Positions 31,600 through 41,706 are shown, numbered from the stretch's first letter. The stretch: DNA of 64,000 nt from an uncultured Pseudomonadales bacterium (GCA_964432115.1 CAYSMC010000033.1:1123-65122); one strand, 5' to 3'. Notes: generated by a model not told the origin, from the sequence alone. Made by a program: numbers and translations.

Positions 31600-32807
31600 G
31601 TGTCTGATTTTACAGAACCGCTAGCTTCAATTTTGCGCCCCAAGAATTTAGATGAATTTGTTGGTCAAAATCATTTGGTGGGTCAAGGTAAACCTCTAAG
31701 CGCCATGATTGCTTTGGGCGCACCTTTTTCTTTAATTTTTTGGGGACCTCCTGGAGTTGGTAAAACCACTTTGGCTAAAATTATTGCTAGGGAAACGGGT
31801 CGTTCATTTATCGAATTATCTGCTGTTTCTGCCAGCAAAGCTGATGTTAAAAAAGTGCTGGATCAAACAAGAGAACAAAAGACTTTATTAGAATCTTACC
31901 AAGCACCAGTTCTTTTTTTAGATGAGATTCATCGCTTTAATAAAGCTCAACAAGATTTTTTATTGCCCAGTGTGGAAAGTGGCCAAATAGTATTAATTGG
32001 TGCCACCACGGAGAATCCGTCCTTTGAAGTGATTGCTCCTTTATTATCCAGAATGAGAGTGTTTGTTTTACATCCCCTCAAAAATGAAGAACTAGTTTTA
32101 ATCATTGATAAAGCACTCAAACTTTTAAAAATAAAAAAAATTGCCAAGTCAAGTCAAGAGTTTTTATTAAACTATGCCGATGGTGATGCTCGTAAATTAT
32201 TAACCATCATCGATAATGCTTACGCTCTTTATGGGGATTTAAAATTAACTTCACTAAAAAATGCTTTGCAGTCTAAGCAAATTCTTTACGATAAAAAAGG
32301 CGACGAACACTACAACATTATTAGTGCTTTTATTAAAAGCTTACGAGCTAGCGATGTCGATGCAGCCTTATATTATTTAGCCAGAATGGTCAAGGCTGGA
32401 GAAGATCCTAAATTTATTGCCAGGAGAATGGTGATTTTTGCTAGTGAAGACGTGGGTATGGCTCAACCAACAGCTTTGGTAGTGGCTAATGAAGTGTTCG
32501 AAGCAGTGATGAAAATTGGTTATCCAGAAGCCCAAATTAGTTTGGCTCACGGCGTGGTTTATTTAGCTTTAGCTAAAAAGATCGCAGTGCTTATGATGCT
32601 TATTTCAAAGCGCTGGCAGATGTAGAAAAATATGGCAATTTGTCCATCCCGTTTAAATTGCGCAATGCGCCCACAAAATTAATGAAAAATTTAAAATATG
32701 GTGAAGGCTATGTTATGTATAAACCAGGAAAAGATCAAAGAGAAGAAAGTTATTTACCCGATAAAATTAAAGGAAAAAGATATTATCAAAGTAAATCGAA
32801 AGGTTAA
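31600..32807 (+). CDS. rarA: Replication-associated recombination protein A (RarA/MgsA), with a 1-nt frameshift near 32575-32580
   Basis: '[10 protein letters not shown]', '[12 protein letters not shown]' and 'ASEDVG'. The conserved C-terminus 'DRSAYDAY...[18 protein letters not shown]...YLP' continues in the -1 frame to TAA at 32805-32807. Confidence 0.92.
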
Positions 32808-32808
32808 A

Positions 32809-33546
32809 ATGTCTGATCAAAATTTACAAAATTGTTGTTTAAACTGTCAATGCCAGGTTTGTAAGCATTCTGCTGGTAATGGTGCGAATAGCGTTTCAAG
32901 CTTTCCCCTAATTGGTGATAAGTTTCCTGATTTAGAAGCTCATAGCACTCATGGTCGTTTATCTTTCCCCAAAGATTTAATGGGCAAATGGACAGTGTTG
33001 TTTAGTCATCCAGCAGATTTTACTCCGGTCTGTACCACTGAATTTGTATCTTTTGCTAAATACGCTCCCCAATTTAAAAAAATTAATACTCAGCTAATAG
33101 GTCTATCAATTGATCAAGTTTTTTCTCACATTAAATGGGTGGAATGGATCCAGGAAAATTTAGATATTAAGATTCCCTTTCCTATCATTTCAGATAATAC
33201 TGGTCGAGTGGGCAAGCGCCTCGGCATGATTCATGAAAAACAAGGGACAGATACAGTGCGAGCAGTATTTGTGATGGACGACAAAGCAGTTATTCGTTTG
33301 ATTCTCTATTATCCTCAAGAAGTGGGACGCAACATGGCAGAAATTTTGCGGGCAGTTAAGGCCCTGCAGTTTTCCACCGCTAATAAAGTAGCGATGCCGG
33401 CCAACTGGCCTGAAAACGAATTGGTAGGTGATCATGTTATTGTGCCACCAGCTAAGACTGAAGTTGAGGCCAAAGCCAGAGCGGGTAAAAGAGATTGTTA
33501 TGATTGGTGGTTTTGTCATAAAAAGGTAGTAGCCAAGAAAAAATAA
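32809..33546 (+). CDS. Peroxiredoxin (Prx6 type) with a Cys-rich N-terminal extension
   Basis: '[14 protein letters not shown]' and 'CYDWWFC'. Start moved to ATG 32809 because the upstream part of the called ORF overlaps the rarA tail. Confidence 0.93.
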   Translation: MSDQNLQNCCLNCQCQVCKHSAGNGANSVSSFPLIGDKFPDLEAHSTHGRLSFPKDLMGKWTVLFSHPADFTPVCTTEFVSFAKYAPQFKKINTQLIGLSIDQVFSHIKWVEWIQENLDIKIPFPIISDNTGRVGKRLGMIHEKQGTDTVRAVFVMDDKAVIRLILYYPQEVGRNMAEILRAVKALQFSTANKVAMPANWPENELVGDHVIVPPAKTEVEAKARAGKRDCYDWWFCHKKVVAKKK

Positions 33547-33595
33547 TTTCATTTGTTCTAATTTTTAAACTAGCTTATAATAACAACTTGAGTGC

Positions 33596-33669
33596 GCGCC
33601 CATAGCTCAGCTGGATAGAGCGTTTGTTTGCGGAACAAAAGGCCAGAGGTTCGAATCCCCTTGGGCGCA
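33596..33669 (+). tRNA. tRNA-Arg (anticodon GCG)
   Basis: Acceptor GCGCCCA/TGGGCGC, D-arm GCTC..GAGC, anticodon arm TTTGT-TTGCGGA-ACAAA, T-loop GTTCGAATC; CCA not encoded. Confidence 0.95.
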
Positions 33670-33758
33670 CAGTTTATTTCATAATTTGCTAATTTAGTTT
33701 CAACTATGTAATTTTTAATAAAATGGTTTTTTTAATTAAGCTGGGTTAAAATAGACAA

Positions 33759-33956
33759 ATGACACCCAGAGAACATAATGATTCTTTTTTAGCTGGTCTT
33801 TTACGAAAAAAAGCCGCAGTAGAAGAAATAGAAAATGAAACTGGAGCTAATGTAAATTCAGCCCTTAAGGAAGTTGATCGGCAAATTAGTCAGTGCTTAT
33901 CTGGTGGTAACCCGATTAAAGGTAAAGGAGTGACTAAATCTGGAGAGTTAGATTAA
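33759..33956 (+). CDS. Small hypothetical protein between tRNAs
   Basis: 65 aa; TAAAAT lies 6 nt before the ATG. Confidence 0.55.
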   Translation: MTPREHNDSFLAGLLRKKAAVEEIENETGANVNSALKEVDRQISQCLSGGNPIKGKGVTKSGELD

Positions 33957-33961
33957 AGCTA

Positions 33962-34045
33962 GGAAGGGTCGCATAGTGGCTATTGCATCAGCCTCGAAAA
34001 CTGACGCCTTTTTGGGCATCGCGGGTTCGAGTCCCGCCCCTTCCG
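33962..34045 (+). tRNA. tRNA-Ser (anticodon CGA)
   Basis: Acceptor GGAAGGG/CCCTTCC, loop CTCGAAA, long variable arm, GTTCGAGTC and discriminator G. Confidence 0.93.
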
Positions 34046-34055
34046 CTCTAACTTT

Positions 34056-34721
34056 ATGAAAAAATTAATTATCTCAGACACCCATCTTTCCAGATTTAAT
34101 AAAAAACAATTTAGTTTTTTGCGTGATTTAATTAAATCTGTAGATGAGGTGATTATTAATGGTGACTTTTGGGATAGTTGGTGTATCTCTTTTGAAAAAT
34201 TTGTCAATTCAAAGTGGCAACAATTATTTGATTTACTGCTTGAAAAAAACACTATTTATATTTATGGCAATCACGATCCTAAACACTTGTGTGATGAGCG
34301 TTGCTCATTATTTGCTGTGAAAACTTGTAATAGTTATCAATTTGAATTATTGGGTCAAAAATTTCATTGTGAACATGGTCATCATTTAATGACTCATTTT
34401 AACATGAGTAACTTTATTAATATTTATTATAAATTACTACATCGTCAACCCAAAGTACTTTGTTATTTAATTGCTGAATTTGAGCGCCTACTTTTTTATG
34501 TGTTTCCCAACACCAACAGGCACTCCAAAGTTGGTCAGCACACTAATCAAATTCTTAGAAAAAATTTGCACCATAAATATATTAATATTTATGGTCACTC
34601 TCACTGTGCAGATTTAGATTTGGAGAATAATTTTGTTAATAGTGGTTCTATTATGTGTAAAAATGCGAGTTATGTATTGATTGATAATAAAAAAATTAGA
34701 TTAGAACGCATGAGATATTAA
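34056..34721 (+). CDS. Calcineurin-like metallophosphoesterase (LpxH-like)
   Basis: 'ISDTH', 'NGDFWD', 'GNHD', 'HGH' and 'GHSH'. Confidence 0.88.
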   Translation: MKKLIISDTHLSRFNKKQFSFLRDLIKSVDEVIINGDFWDSWCISFEKFVNSKWQQLFDLLLEKNTIYIYGNHDPKHLCDERCSLFAVKTCNSYQFELLGQKFHCEHGHHLMTHFNMSNFINIYYKLLHRQPKVLCYLIAEFERLLFYVFPNTNRHSKVGQHTNQILRKNLHHKYINIYGHSHCADLDLENNFVNSGSIMCKNASYVLIDNKKIRLERMRY

Positions 34722-34745
34722 TTTTTTTCCGCTATAATTCTATTT

Positions 34746-35552
34746 ATGAAAAGTAGACAAAAAAAATTAGGTTTAGCTCTTGGTGGTGGTGGTTGGCGAG
34801 GCTTAGCTCACATCGGGGTCATTAAAGAATTATTAAAAAACGAAATTGAAATTAGTTATATTGCTGGTAGCAGTGCTGGAGCGTTAGTGGGTGGGATGTA
34901 TGCTGCTTTTCAAGATATTGACAAAGTAGAAGCCATATTTCGTGAAAACATGAATTATCGCCGCCTACTTTATGCTTTTTCTGATCCCAAACCAAAGTGG
35001 GGCATTTTTGCTGGGGATAAGATGCAGGATCTTTTTGAAAAATATTTAGGTAAACGTCAAATTGAAGATTTAAAAATCCCCTTTTGTGCTTTGGCTTGTG
35101 ACTTATTGACTGGTCAAGCGGTAGAGTTGCATAGAGGTAAATTAAGCAAAGCCATTCATGCCAGTATATCTGTACCATTTTTCTTAAAACCAGTTAAGTG
35201 GGGCAAGATGCGCTTGATTGATGGTGCGGCGGCTGTGCCCATACCAGTTAAAACAGTTAAACAAATGGGAGCTGAAATAGTGATTGCCGTTAATTTGCAA
35301 AAAAATCATTTTCCAATGATCGACCACAAAATTTCTGCTTTTAAAACTGCTTTAAAAACCTCTCAAGTGATGCTTTATCATTTGGCGGAATATAATCAAG
35401 AATCAGCCGATTTAGTGTTGTTGCCTGATATAGATGAAAATGGCGATTATAAAAATCCATTTTTAGGATTTGTCAAACGCGGTGATGTTTTTATTGATGG
35501 TGAAGAGGTGGTTAAAGAGAATATTGAAGAGATAAAAAAATTATTGTTTTAA
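34746..35552 (+). CDS. Patatin-like phospholipase (RssA/NTE family)
   Basis: 'LGGGGWRGLAHIG', 'GSSAG' and 'IDG'. Confidence 0.92.
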   Translation: MKSRQKKLGLALGGGGWRGLAHIGVIKELLKNEIEISYIAGSSAGALVGGMYAAFQDIDKVEAIFRENMNYRRLLYAFSDPKPKWGIFAGDKMQDLFEKYLGKRQIEDLKIPFCALACDLLTGQAVELHRGKLSKAIHASISVPFFLKPVKWGKMRLIDGAAAVPIPVKTVKQMGAEIVIAVNLQKNHFPMIDHKISAFKTALKTSQVMLYHLAEYNQESADLVLLPDIDENGDYKNPFLGFVKRGDVFIDGEEVVKENIEEIKKLLF

Positions 35553-35577
35553 ATAAATTATAAAAAAGTTAAAAAAA

Positions 35578-36315
35578 ATGACTCAAATTACCAAAAAAAT
35601 TATTTTAACCATTAAAAAATCGGCAAATTCCCACAAGGCTCAACATTTTCAGCGTTTTTTTAAAACTGGAGTTGGAGAATATGGTGAAGGAGATTTGTTT
35701 TTAGGTTTAACTGTTCCAGAACAAAGATTGATTGTCAAAAAATTTGCTGATCAAATTGTTCTTGAGGATTTAGCTATTTTAATTGTTAGTCCATATCATG
35801 AAATTCGTTTAGTTTCATTATTATTATTGGTTGAACTTTTTCAACAAGCTCGTGATCAGAAAGAAAAAAAACAATTAGTTGACTTTTATTTAGCTCATTC
35901 TACTTATATTAATAATTGGGATTTGGCTGATTTGTCTGCATATAAAATTGTGGGCCAGTATTTATTTGAAATAAATCAGGAAAAAAATTCTCAAAAAACT
36001 CCAAAGGTATTAATTAAACTAGCAAGATCAAGTTTGCTATGGGATAGGCGCATTGCAATATTATCTACTTTTCCTTTTGTCAAAGCTGGACAATTTTTAC
36101 CCACTTTAGAATTAGCCAAAATCTTAATTAATGATCAAGAAGATTTAATGTACAAGGCGGTTGGTTGGTTATTGCGAGAAGTTGGCAAGCAAGACGAAAA
36201 AATCTTAACTGATTTTTTAGATCAATATACTTTGCAAATGCCTCGCACTATGTTGCGTTACGCCATTGAAAAATTTCCTGATGAAAAGAGGCAATCTTAT
36301 TTAAAGAAAAACTAA
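35578..36315 (+). CDS. DNA alkylation repair protein (AlkD-like)
   Basis: 'FFKTGVGEYGEGD', 'NNWDLAD', 'KAVGWLLRE' and 'MPRTMLRYAIE'. Confidence 0.9.
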   Translation: MTQITKKIILTIKKSANSHKAQHFQRFFKTGVGEYGEGDLFLGLTVPEQRLIVKKFADQIVLEDLAILIVSPYHEIRLVSLLLLVELFQQARDQKEKKQLVDFYLAHSTYINNWDLADLSAYKIVGQYLFEINQEKNSQKTPKVLIKLARSSLLWDRRIAILSTFPFVKAGQFLPTLELAKILINDQEDLMYKAVGWLLREVGKQDEKILTDFLDQYTLQMPRTMLRYAIEKFPDEKRQSYLKKN

Positions 36316-36548
36316 TTAGGTCGATGAAAATAAAAAGTCGTGTTTTGCTGCGGTATGTTTTTTATTGAAAATCTTTTGGCAAAATCTGTTGTTAATTCAG
36401 GGATAAGGACTTGAATTGCTCCAGGTAAATATTCGAGCACTATTGCTTGCAAATTTTTTTTAGCGATATAGTAATCATCATCTTCATGAAGTCCTTGATT
36501 AAGCATGCTGCCAGCCGGAATAAGAATTTTCTCCTGATTTTTTCCCAT
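36312..36548 (-). CDS. Small hypothetical protein
   Basis: 78-aa ATG-started ORF filling an otherwise empty gap. Confidence 0.5.
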   Translation of the reverse strand: MGKNQEKILIPAGSMLNQGLHEDDDYYIAKKNLQAIVLEYLPGAIQVLIPELTTDFAKRFSIKNIPQQNTTFYFHRPN

Positions 36549-36664
36549 ATTTTATTATATCAATTAATATCAAATTTTGTAAGAAACAATAAAATTAATT
36601 TATTTTTTTTATCTACTTAAGGCTTTTAGCTTAAGGAAAAAACGCTATAATAAGACATCTTTAA

Positions 36665-36747
36665 GGAGGTGTCGCATAGCGGTCAATTGCACACGCTTGG
36701 AAAGCGTGAGCCTCGCGGCTTCAAGGGTTCGAATCCCTTCACCTCCG
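36665..36747 (+). tRNA. tRNA-Ser (anticodon GGA)
   Basis: Acceptor GGAGGTG/CACCTCC, arm CACGC-TTGGAAA-GCGTG, long variable arm and GTTCGAATC. Confidence 0.95.
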
Positions 36748-36748
36748 C

Positions 36749-36779
36749 AGTCAAGAATAAATAAAGTGAATTCTTGACT
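36749..36779 (+). terminator. Hairpin directly after tRNA-Ser(GGA), possible terminator or processing stem
   Basis: AGTCAAGAAT...ATTCTTGACT 10-bp inverted repeat; no clear U-tract. Confidence 0.45.
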
Positions 36780-36826
36780 CGTACCCGAATGGTACACTGC
36801 CGATTAGTAATATTATTGGATTAATT

Positions 36827-38314
36827 ATGAAAAAAATAATCATTGCTATTTTAGGAATTGCTTTATTAATTGTTGGAGTTTGGTTTTTTTGTAAAAACAA
36901 AAGATTAGAAAGTTTAAATAAAGAGTCAATAGTTTTGCAAGAAACTTATGATATCTCCAAAGAATATCTGTCTTTGCGTTATCGCACTGATAATATTTTG
37001 GTCAATGCTAGGGAATATGCAGACTATGTCACCTGGGATGCAGACATGACTCAACTAATTAAGGATTGGGAAGAGTTAGCTAAAGAAACAGAAGAATTGG
37101 AACAATCGGCCACCAATATTGCCGACACAGTCGCCAGCAATTTTAAGTTAGTGCAAAAAACTCATGCCTACTCTGCTCAAGAAATTTCAAACATCTACGA
37201 TAAAGCGCCGAAATTTAAGGGTATCGCTGCCATAGCCAAACATCTTAATGTGGATGCCAAAAGAGCCCAAATCATTTTAGATTCAGCTCAAGCTCAAATT
37301 AACTCTGGTGTTTTTAGCGAAGAAGGAGATGCTTTTGAAAATTTGGAAAATACAGCCATAGTGGTCAAAGATGGTTGTAAGGTAGCTGGTTTTGTTGGCG
37401 GAGTAGTTATAACAGGAGGTGCAGCTGGATTTGCCGCTGCCGGTACAATGACTCAAGTTGGGGTAGTCATTGTTGGTGCTGATCTAGCACTAGAAGTGAC
37501 TGAAGATGGAGCACAAATTGCATTTGGAGATAAGAACAAAGTCTCTTCTTTTGTCAAAGATGTTAGAACAGTGACTGAGCCCATTGCCACCGTCATTTCA
37601 ATCACTAGTATTCCTAGTAATTTAAGTAGCGCCTATGGCAAATTTGATAGTATCATGGTTGGACTAGAGCAATTCAGAGAATCAGCTCAGGAAGGTAAAG
37701 TAATTGGTGTAGACCTAAAGAATTTTGCCTATCAAAAACCCTTCCAACGCATCCGTCAAACAAAATACCCAGGAACAGTGACTGCTGCTGAATTGGAAAT
37801 GGCCGAAGTCGAAACTTGGTTGCAGAGTCTAAACCAAGAGTATAAACCCATGACTCAAGAAGAGGTCAAAGAATTTTTATCAAGCTCAGCTAAAGACACT
37901 CAGCAAGAGCAAGCAATTGAAGAACAAGAATTTGTAGAAGAAGTTGGTCCGGTACAAGAAACTGACAAAGATTTCTCTACTGGATCACAGGCAATGGCTG
38001 GCACTTATAGTGGGAGCGCGATCCTGCAACACGTCGAAGAAGACGTGGAGGCTGATGAAAGTCTGGCAGTGACCTTACAACTCAATGAGTCCGGTACTGG
38101 TACGGCGACAGTGTATGGCTATAGTGGGGATGCACAATACGCAGGCAATAATGTTAGTTTTTCTGTAACAATGAAGGAGAACGGCGCGGCGGTGAATTGT
38201 TCGTTTAAGGGTAAGGCAAGCCACAGTGGTAGCCAGACTGTAATTAGTGGTGATTTGTACTGCAGCATGATGGGCATTACTTTTGCTACTTATTCTTGGA
38301 GTGCTCAGAAGTAA
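36827..38314 (+). CDS. Exported hypothetical protein: helical N-terminal part, Gly/Ala-rich hydrophobic centre, beta-rich C-terminal domain
   Basis: N-terminal signal/TM segment and 'GFVGGVVITGGAAGFAAAG'; 495-aa open frame. Confidence 0.8.
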   Translation: MKKIIIAILGIALLIVGVWFFCKNKRLESLNKESIVLQETYDISKEYLSLRYRTDNILVNAREYADYVTWDADMTQLIKDWEELAKETEELEQSATNIADTVASNFKLVQKTHAYSAQEISNIYDKAPKFKGIAAIAKHLNVDAKRAQIILDSAQAQINSGVFSEEGDAFENLENTAIVVKDGCKVAGFVGGVVITGGAAGFAAAGTMTQVGVVIVGADLALEVTEDGAQIAFGDKNKVSSFVKDVRTVTEPIATVISITSIPSNLSSAYGKFDSIMVGLEQFRESAQEGKVIGVDLKNFAYQKPFQRIRQTKYPGTVTAAELEMAEVETWLQSLNQEYKPMTQEEVKEFLSSSAKDTQQEQAIEEQEFVEEVGPVQETDKDFSTGSQAMAGTYSGSAILQHVEEDVEADESLAVTLQLNESGTGTATVYGYSGDAQYAGNNVSFSVTMKENGAAVNCSFKGKASHSGSQTVISGDLYCSMMGITFATYSWSAQK

Positions 38315-38329
38315 GCAACACTACAAATT

Positions 38330-40054
38330 ATGTCAACAAAACCATCTTGCTATCAAATAATTTGTCAGCAATGGCAAAAACACAAGTATTTTTTTTCTTT
38401 TTTATTGTTAATTATCTTGGCTATTATTTTAAGATTACCTTTTTTAAGTATTTTTCCACCAGCCATGGTGCAGGATGAAGTGGGCTTGGGGTATTCAGCT
38501 ATCAGTATTGCTGAAACTGGCAAGGATGAATGGGGAGAAACTTATCCTCTATTATTTAAATCATTTGGTGAATATAAATTGCCAGTGTTTGTTTATGTGA
38601 CTGCTATTTTATATAAAATAATTGGCTGGCAACAGGTGTTGCCAAGAATTACTTCTGCCCTGGCCGGTGTAATTTTAGTTTTCTTGACTGTATTATGGGT
38701 TCGACAGCTAACTAAATCCAAAAAATTAGCCTTATTAGCCGGATTAATATTGGCTACTAGTCCTTGGACTATTCATCTCAGCAGAATGGCTTTGGAAAGC
38801 AATTTGGCTTTAGTTTTTTTTATGGCTGCTCTATTGATGATTAGTTCACAAAAATCGTCTTTAAAAGTGATACTGGCTGCCATCTTTTTTAGTTTAAGCA
38901 GTTACACTTATAATGCTTATAAATATTTAGTGATTTTATTTTTAACTTCATACATTGTCGGCATTCTTCTTTTTTATTACAAAAAAATTACAAGTCAAAA
39001 ACAACTCCTAAAAAATCTGCTGGCTATTTTATTAATTTCTAGCTGTTTGTCTTTACTCATCTTTTTTGCCAAAGGAACAACTGTAAGGCTCGATCAAACT
39101 TTTTTATTAAATTCAGAACAACAACTTGGTTTATATAAACATTATGAAAACAATTGTCATCTCGCTCTTAATGCAATTAGTCCCCGTTTAAATGTACTTT
39201 GCAGACTGCAGTACAATAAATTTTCTAGAGCGATACTTATAGTTGTGGACAGTTATACTAAACATTTATCTCCAGGTTTTTATTTTTTTTCTGGAGATAG
39301 TGAACCAGGTAGAAACCCTACCCAAACTGGTCAATTTTATGCTCCACTGTTAGTTTTTTGTTTATTTGGAGTAGTAACTATGATCAAAAATCCAAAAAAA
39401 TATTTACTAATTATTGTTGGTTTTTTAACCGCTCTTTTGCCATCTGCCGTGTCTGGTAATCCTCACGCAATTAGATTATCGGCAGCCATTCCCTTCGTTT
39501 TATTGATGATTATATGGGGTTATCAGTCTGTGCAGAAATTAATCTTACGTAAAAAATTATTTGATTGGCTGTTTGTCTTGTTGATTTTATTATCAACAAT
39601 TTTTTATTCTATAAAATATATGGCTAGTACTTATGTGGCTTGGGAAAATACCGGAACCTATTTATCCTTTGCTAAAAAAATTGCCAAGCTAAGTTATGAC
39701 TATGCCGAGCGAGGTTATGTGGTTTATGCTGATTTTAACCTCTATCCAGAGCCACATATTTATTATGCTTATTGGAATAAAATTGATCCATTAATTGCTC
39801 AGCAATCTTTTGTTAATGTGTTAAATGAAGCAGATGGTTTTTCACGACCTAGACAGTTTGGCGATCAGGTGTTTTTTGAGAAAGGTGATACAGATCTTAT
39901 AAATTGTCAAAGTGATACCATTCCTTTAATTGTTTATTTTAGAAAAGAACCAATTTCGGGTGTTCAGGCTGTGCAAATTATCAGGGACAATGCCAATATA
40001 TATGATTTTGCTTATGTTTATGAAAGTTGGCAATTTTGTTCAATTGAGAATTAA
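38330..40054 (+). CDS. GT-C fold glycosyltransferase (ArnT/PMT, family 39-like)
   Basis: 'QDEVGLGYSA.SI..TGKDEWG', 'SPWTIHLSR' and many TM helices. Confidence 0.85.
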   Translation: MSTKPSCYQIICQQWQKHKYFFSFLLLIILAIILRLPFLSIFPPAMVQDEVGLGYSAISIAETGKDEWGETYPLLFKSFGEYKLPVFVYVTAILYKIIGWQQVLPRITSALAGVILVFLTVLWVRQLTKSKKLALLAGLILATSPWTIHLSRMALESNLALVFFMAALLMISSQKSSLKVILAAIFFSLSSYTYNAYKYLVILFLTSYIVGILLFYYKKITSQKQLLKNLLAILLISSCLSLLIFFAKGTTVRLDQTFLLNSEQQLGLYKHYENNCHLALNAISPRLNVLCRLQYNKFSRAILIVVDSYTKHLSPGFYFFSGDSEPGRNPTQTGQFYAPLLVFCLFGVVTMIKNPKKYLLIIVGFLTALLPSAVSGNPHAIRLSAAIPFVLLMIIWGYQSVQKLILRKKLFDWLFVLLILLSTIFYSIKYMASTYVAWENTGTYLSFAKKIAKLSYDYAERGYVVYADFNLYPEPHIYYAYWNKIDPLIAQQSFVNVLNEADGFSRPRQFGDQVFFEKGDTDLINCQSDTIPLIVYFRKEPISGVQAVQIIRDNANIYDFAYVYESWQFCSIEN

Positions 40055-40072
40055 AGCAATTACTAAAAAATA

Positions 40073-40101
40073 TTGCATTTTTGTCCTTCTCAAGCTATAA
40101 T
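40073..40101 (+). promoter_or_regulatory. Sigma70-type promoter of the sortase gene
   Basis: TTGCAT-17 nt-TATAAT. Confidence 0.65.
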
Positions 40102-40109
40102 GTCCCATA

Positions 40110-40931
40110 ATGTTAAATAACAAGACGATGGTCAAATTTTATCAAAAGGCCCCCGTCAAATTTCTGTTAAAAAAAACTAAAGGTCTGAAAAAGTTGGCTG
40201 TGACTTCTTTTGCTTTCAGCATAATATTTTTATTGTTAAGCAATCCTTTTCTTAGTTGGCAAGGAATTAAGAATTTACCAAATATACTTAATAAATCAAA
40301 AGAGATCATCTCAACTATTCCTGAATTTATCAAAAATTTGCCAGAGGAAGCAGAAAAAAATACTTTTGCTTTCTTTGATTGGACTAAGATGCAGTTAGAT
40401 AATGCTTGGCCAATTTTTGCCAGAGAAAAAGAAGAGAGTCAAGAAGCGGGTCAGAGTGCCTCAACACAAGTGATAGATACACCCGATTACGCCACTTTGC
40501 CTTTTTATATCGAAATTCCCAGCTTAAAAATATATGAAGAGGTGCACGCCAATATTGATCCCAATGAAGCCAAAGAATATCAAATAGCTTTGGAAAATGG
40601 AGTAGCTCACGCACTCAACTCAGCTTTTCCAGGTCAAGACAAGTTGATTTATATCTTTAGTCATTCCACCAATGGCATTTGGAATGTTGAGGCATACAAT
40701 GCTGTTTTTTATCAAATTAAAGATTTGGCCATTGGCGATCAGGTAATTTTGCATCTGGGCGATGAACAATTTATTTATGAGGTTAGCGCTCAAGATATAG
40801 TAGCCAGTAGTGAAGTAGATTTTGTTAATAATTTAAAAGAAGAGAACATCTTATTATTGCAAACCTGTTGGCCTCCGGGAACTAGTTGGCAGCGTTTATT
40901 TGTCAGTGCTGTGCCTGTGCTAGGCGAATAG
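40110..40931 (+). CDS. Sortase
   Basis: N-terminal TM helix, His in 'IFSHS', and 'LLQTCWPPGTSWQRL' carrying the TC...R catalytic residues. Confidence 0.9.
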   Translation: MLNNKTMVKFYQKAPVKFLLKKTKGLKKLAVTSFAFSIIFLLLSNPFLSWQGIKNLPNILNKSKEIISTIPEFIKNLPEEAEKNTFAFFDWTKMQLDNAWPIFAREKEESQEAGQSASTQVIDTPDYATLPFYIEIPSLKIYEEVHANIDPNEAKEYQIALENGVAHALNSAFPGQDKLIYIFSHSTNGIWNVEAYNAVFYQIKDLAIGDQVILHLGDEQFIYEVSAQDIVASSEVDFVNNLKEENILLLQTCWPPGTSWQRLFVSAVPVLGE

Positions 40932-40943
40932 TATCCCATAATA

Positions 40944-40972
40944 TTGACAATTAATAATTATAAATATATAAT
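40944..40972 (+). promoter_or_regulatory. Perfect-consensus sigma70 promoter
   Basis: TTGACA-17 nt-TATAAT. Confidence 0.85.
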
Positions 40973-41010
40973 ATATGCTCATAAATAATAAAATATCAAT
41001 TAGAGTACCT

Positions 41011-41688
41011 ATGAAAAAAATAATTTCTTACCTTTTAATAGTGATCGGTCTTTTTCTATTAGCTATAAATGTAGCTAATGCTAGAGAGTGTCACACTGTT
41101 TATGGTGGTGGTGAAGTCTGTGAAAACGGTGACATTAGTTTGGACAAAAAAGTTTTTAATCCCGAAGCTAATGAATATTGGGATAATATTGCTGCTAGTT
41201 CTTACACTTTTGCTCCTAATCAAGAAGTAAAATTTAGACTACGTATTAAAAATATTGCTGACGTTGAAGTCGATGGCGTTCGTTTGGAAGACGATTTTGC
41301 TCGTTTAGTTGATTATATGGTTTACATCGGCGCCGATGGCGAAAGTTATCCAATTGAGTTTGAAGACAATGTGCTCAAATTTGATTTTGATGATGTCGCT
41401 GCTGGTCAAGAAATTACCGTGTATTTTAACGCTCATTTTAAAGCCGAAAGTGAATTACCAGTTGGGACTACTTGTATCACTAATAAAGCTAAAGTTTATT
41501 CCAAAGAAGATGATGTAAGCGACAGCGATTATGCCAGTTTCTGTGTCAAAGCAGATGAGGGGCAAATTATTAGTGAAGTTACTCCAGATACTGGTTTTGA
41601 TTTAAGCACTATTTTAGCTCTCGAGGCTGTAGCCTTGGCTGGTTTAGGTGCTTTTGCCCTAACAAAAGCTAAGAAAATTAGTAAATAA
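41011..41688 (+). CDS. Sortase-anchored surface protein (DUF11/Ig-like domain, TPDTG sorting signal)
   Basis: Signal peptide, DUF11-like core, then 'TPDTG' + hydrophobic helix + 'KAKKISK'. ATG 40975 would lie upstream of the predicted TSS, so 41011 is used. Confidence 0.82.
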   Translation: MKKIISYLLIVIGLFLLAINVANARECHTVYGGGEVCENGDISLDKKVFNPEANEYWDNIAASSYTFAPNQEVKFRLRIKNIADVEVDGVRLEDDFARLVDYMVYIGADGESYPIEFEDNVLKFDFDDVAAGQEITVYFNAHFKAESELPVGTTCITNKAKVYSKEDDVSDSDYASFCVKADEGQIISEVTPDTGFDLSTILALEAVALAGLGAFALTKAKKISK

Positions 41689-41706
41689 TTGTTTTAATTA
41701 AAAATG

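Noticed and set aside
32698-32808. Extended N-terminus of the peroxiredoxin ORF
   Set aside because: This stretch encodes the conserved RarA C-terminus in another frame.
33980-34252. Minus-strand 90-aa ORF
   Set aside because: It is an antisense shadow of tRNA-Ser(CGA) and the metallophosphoesterase gene.
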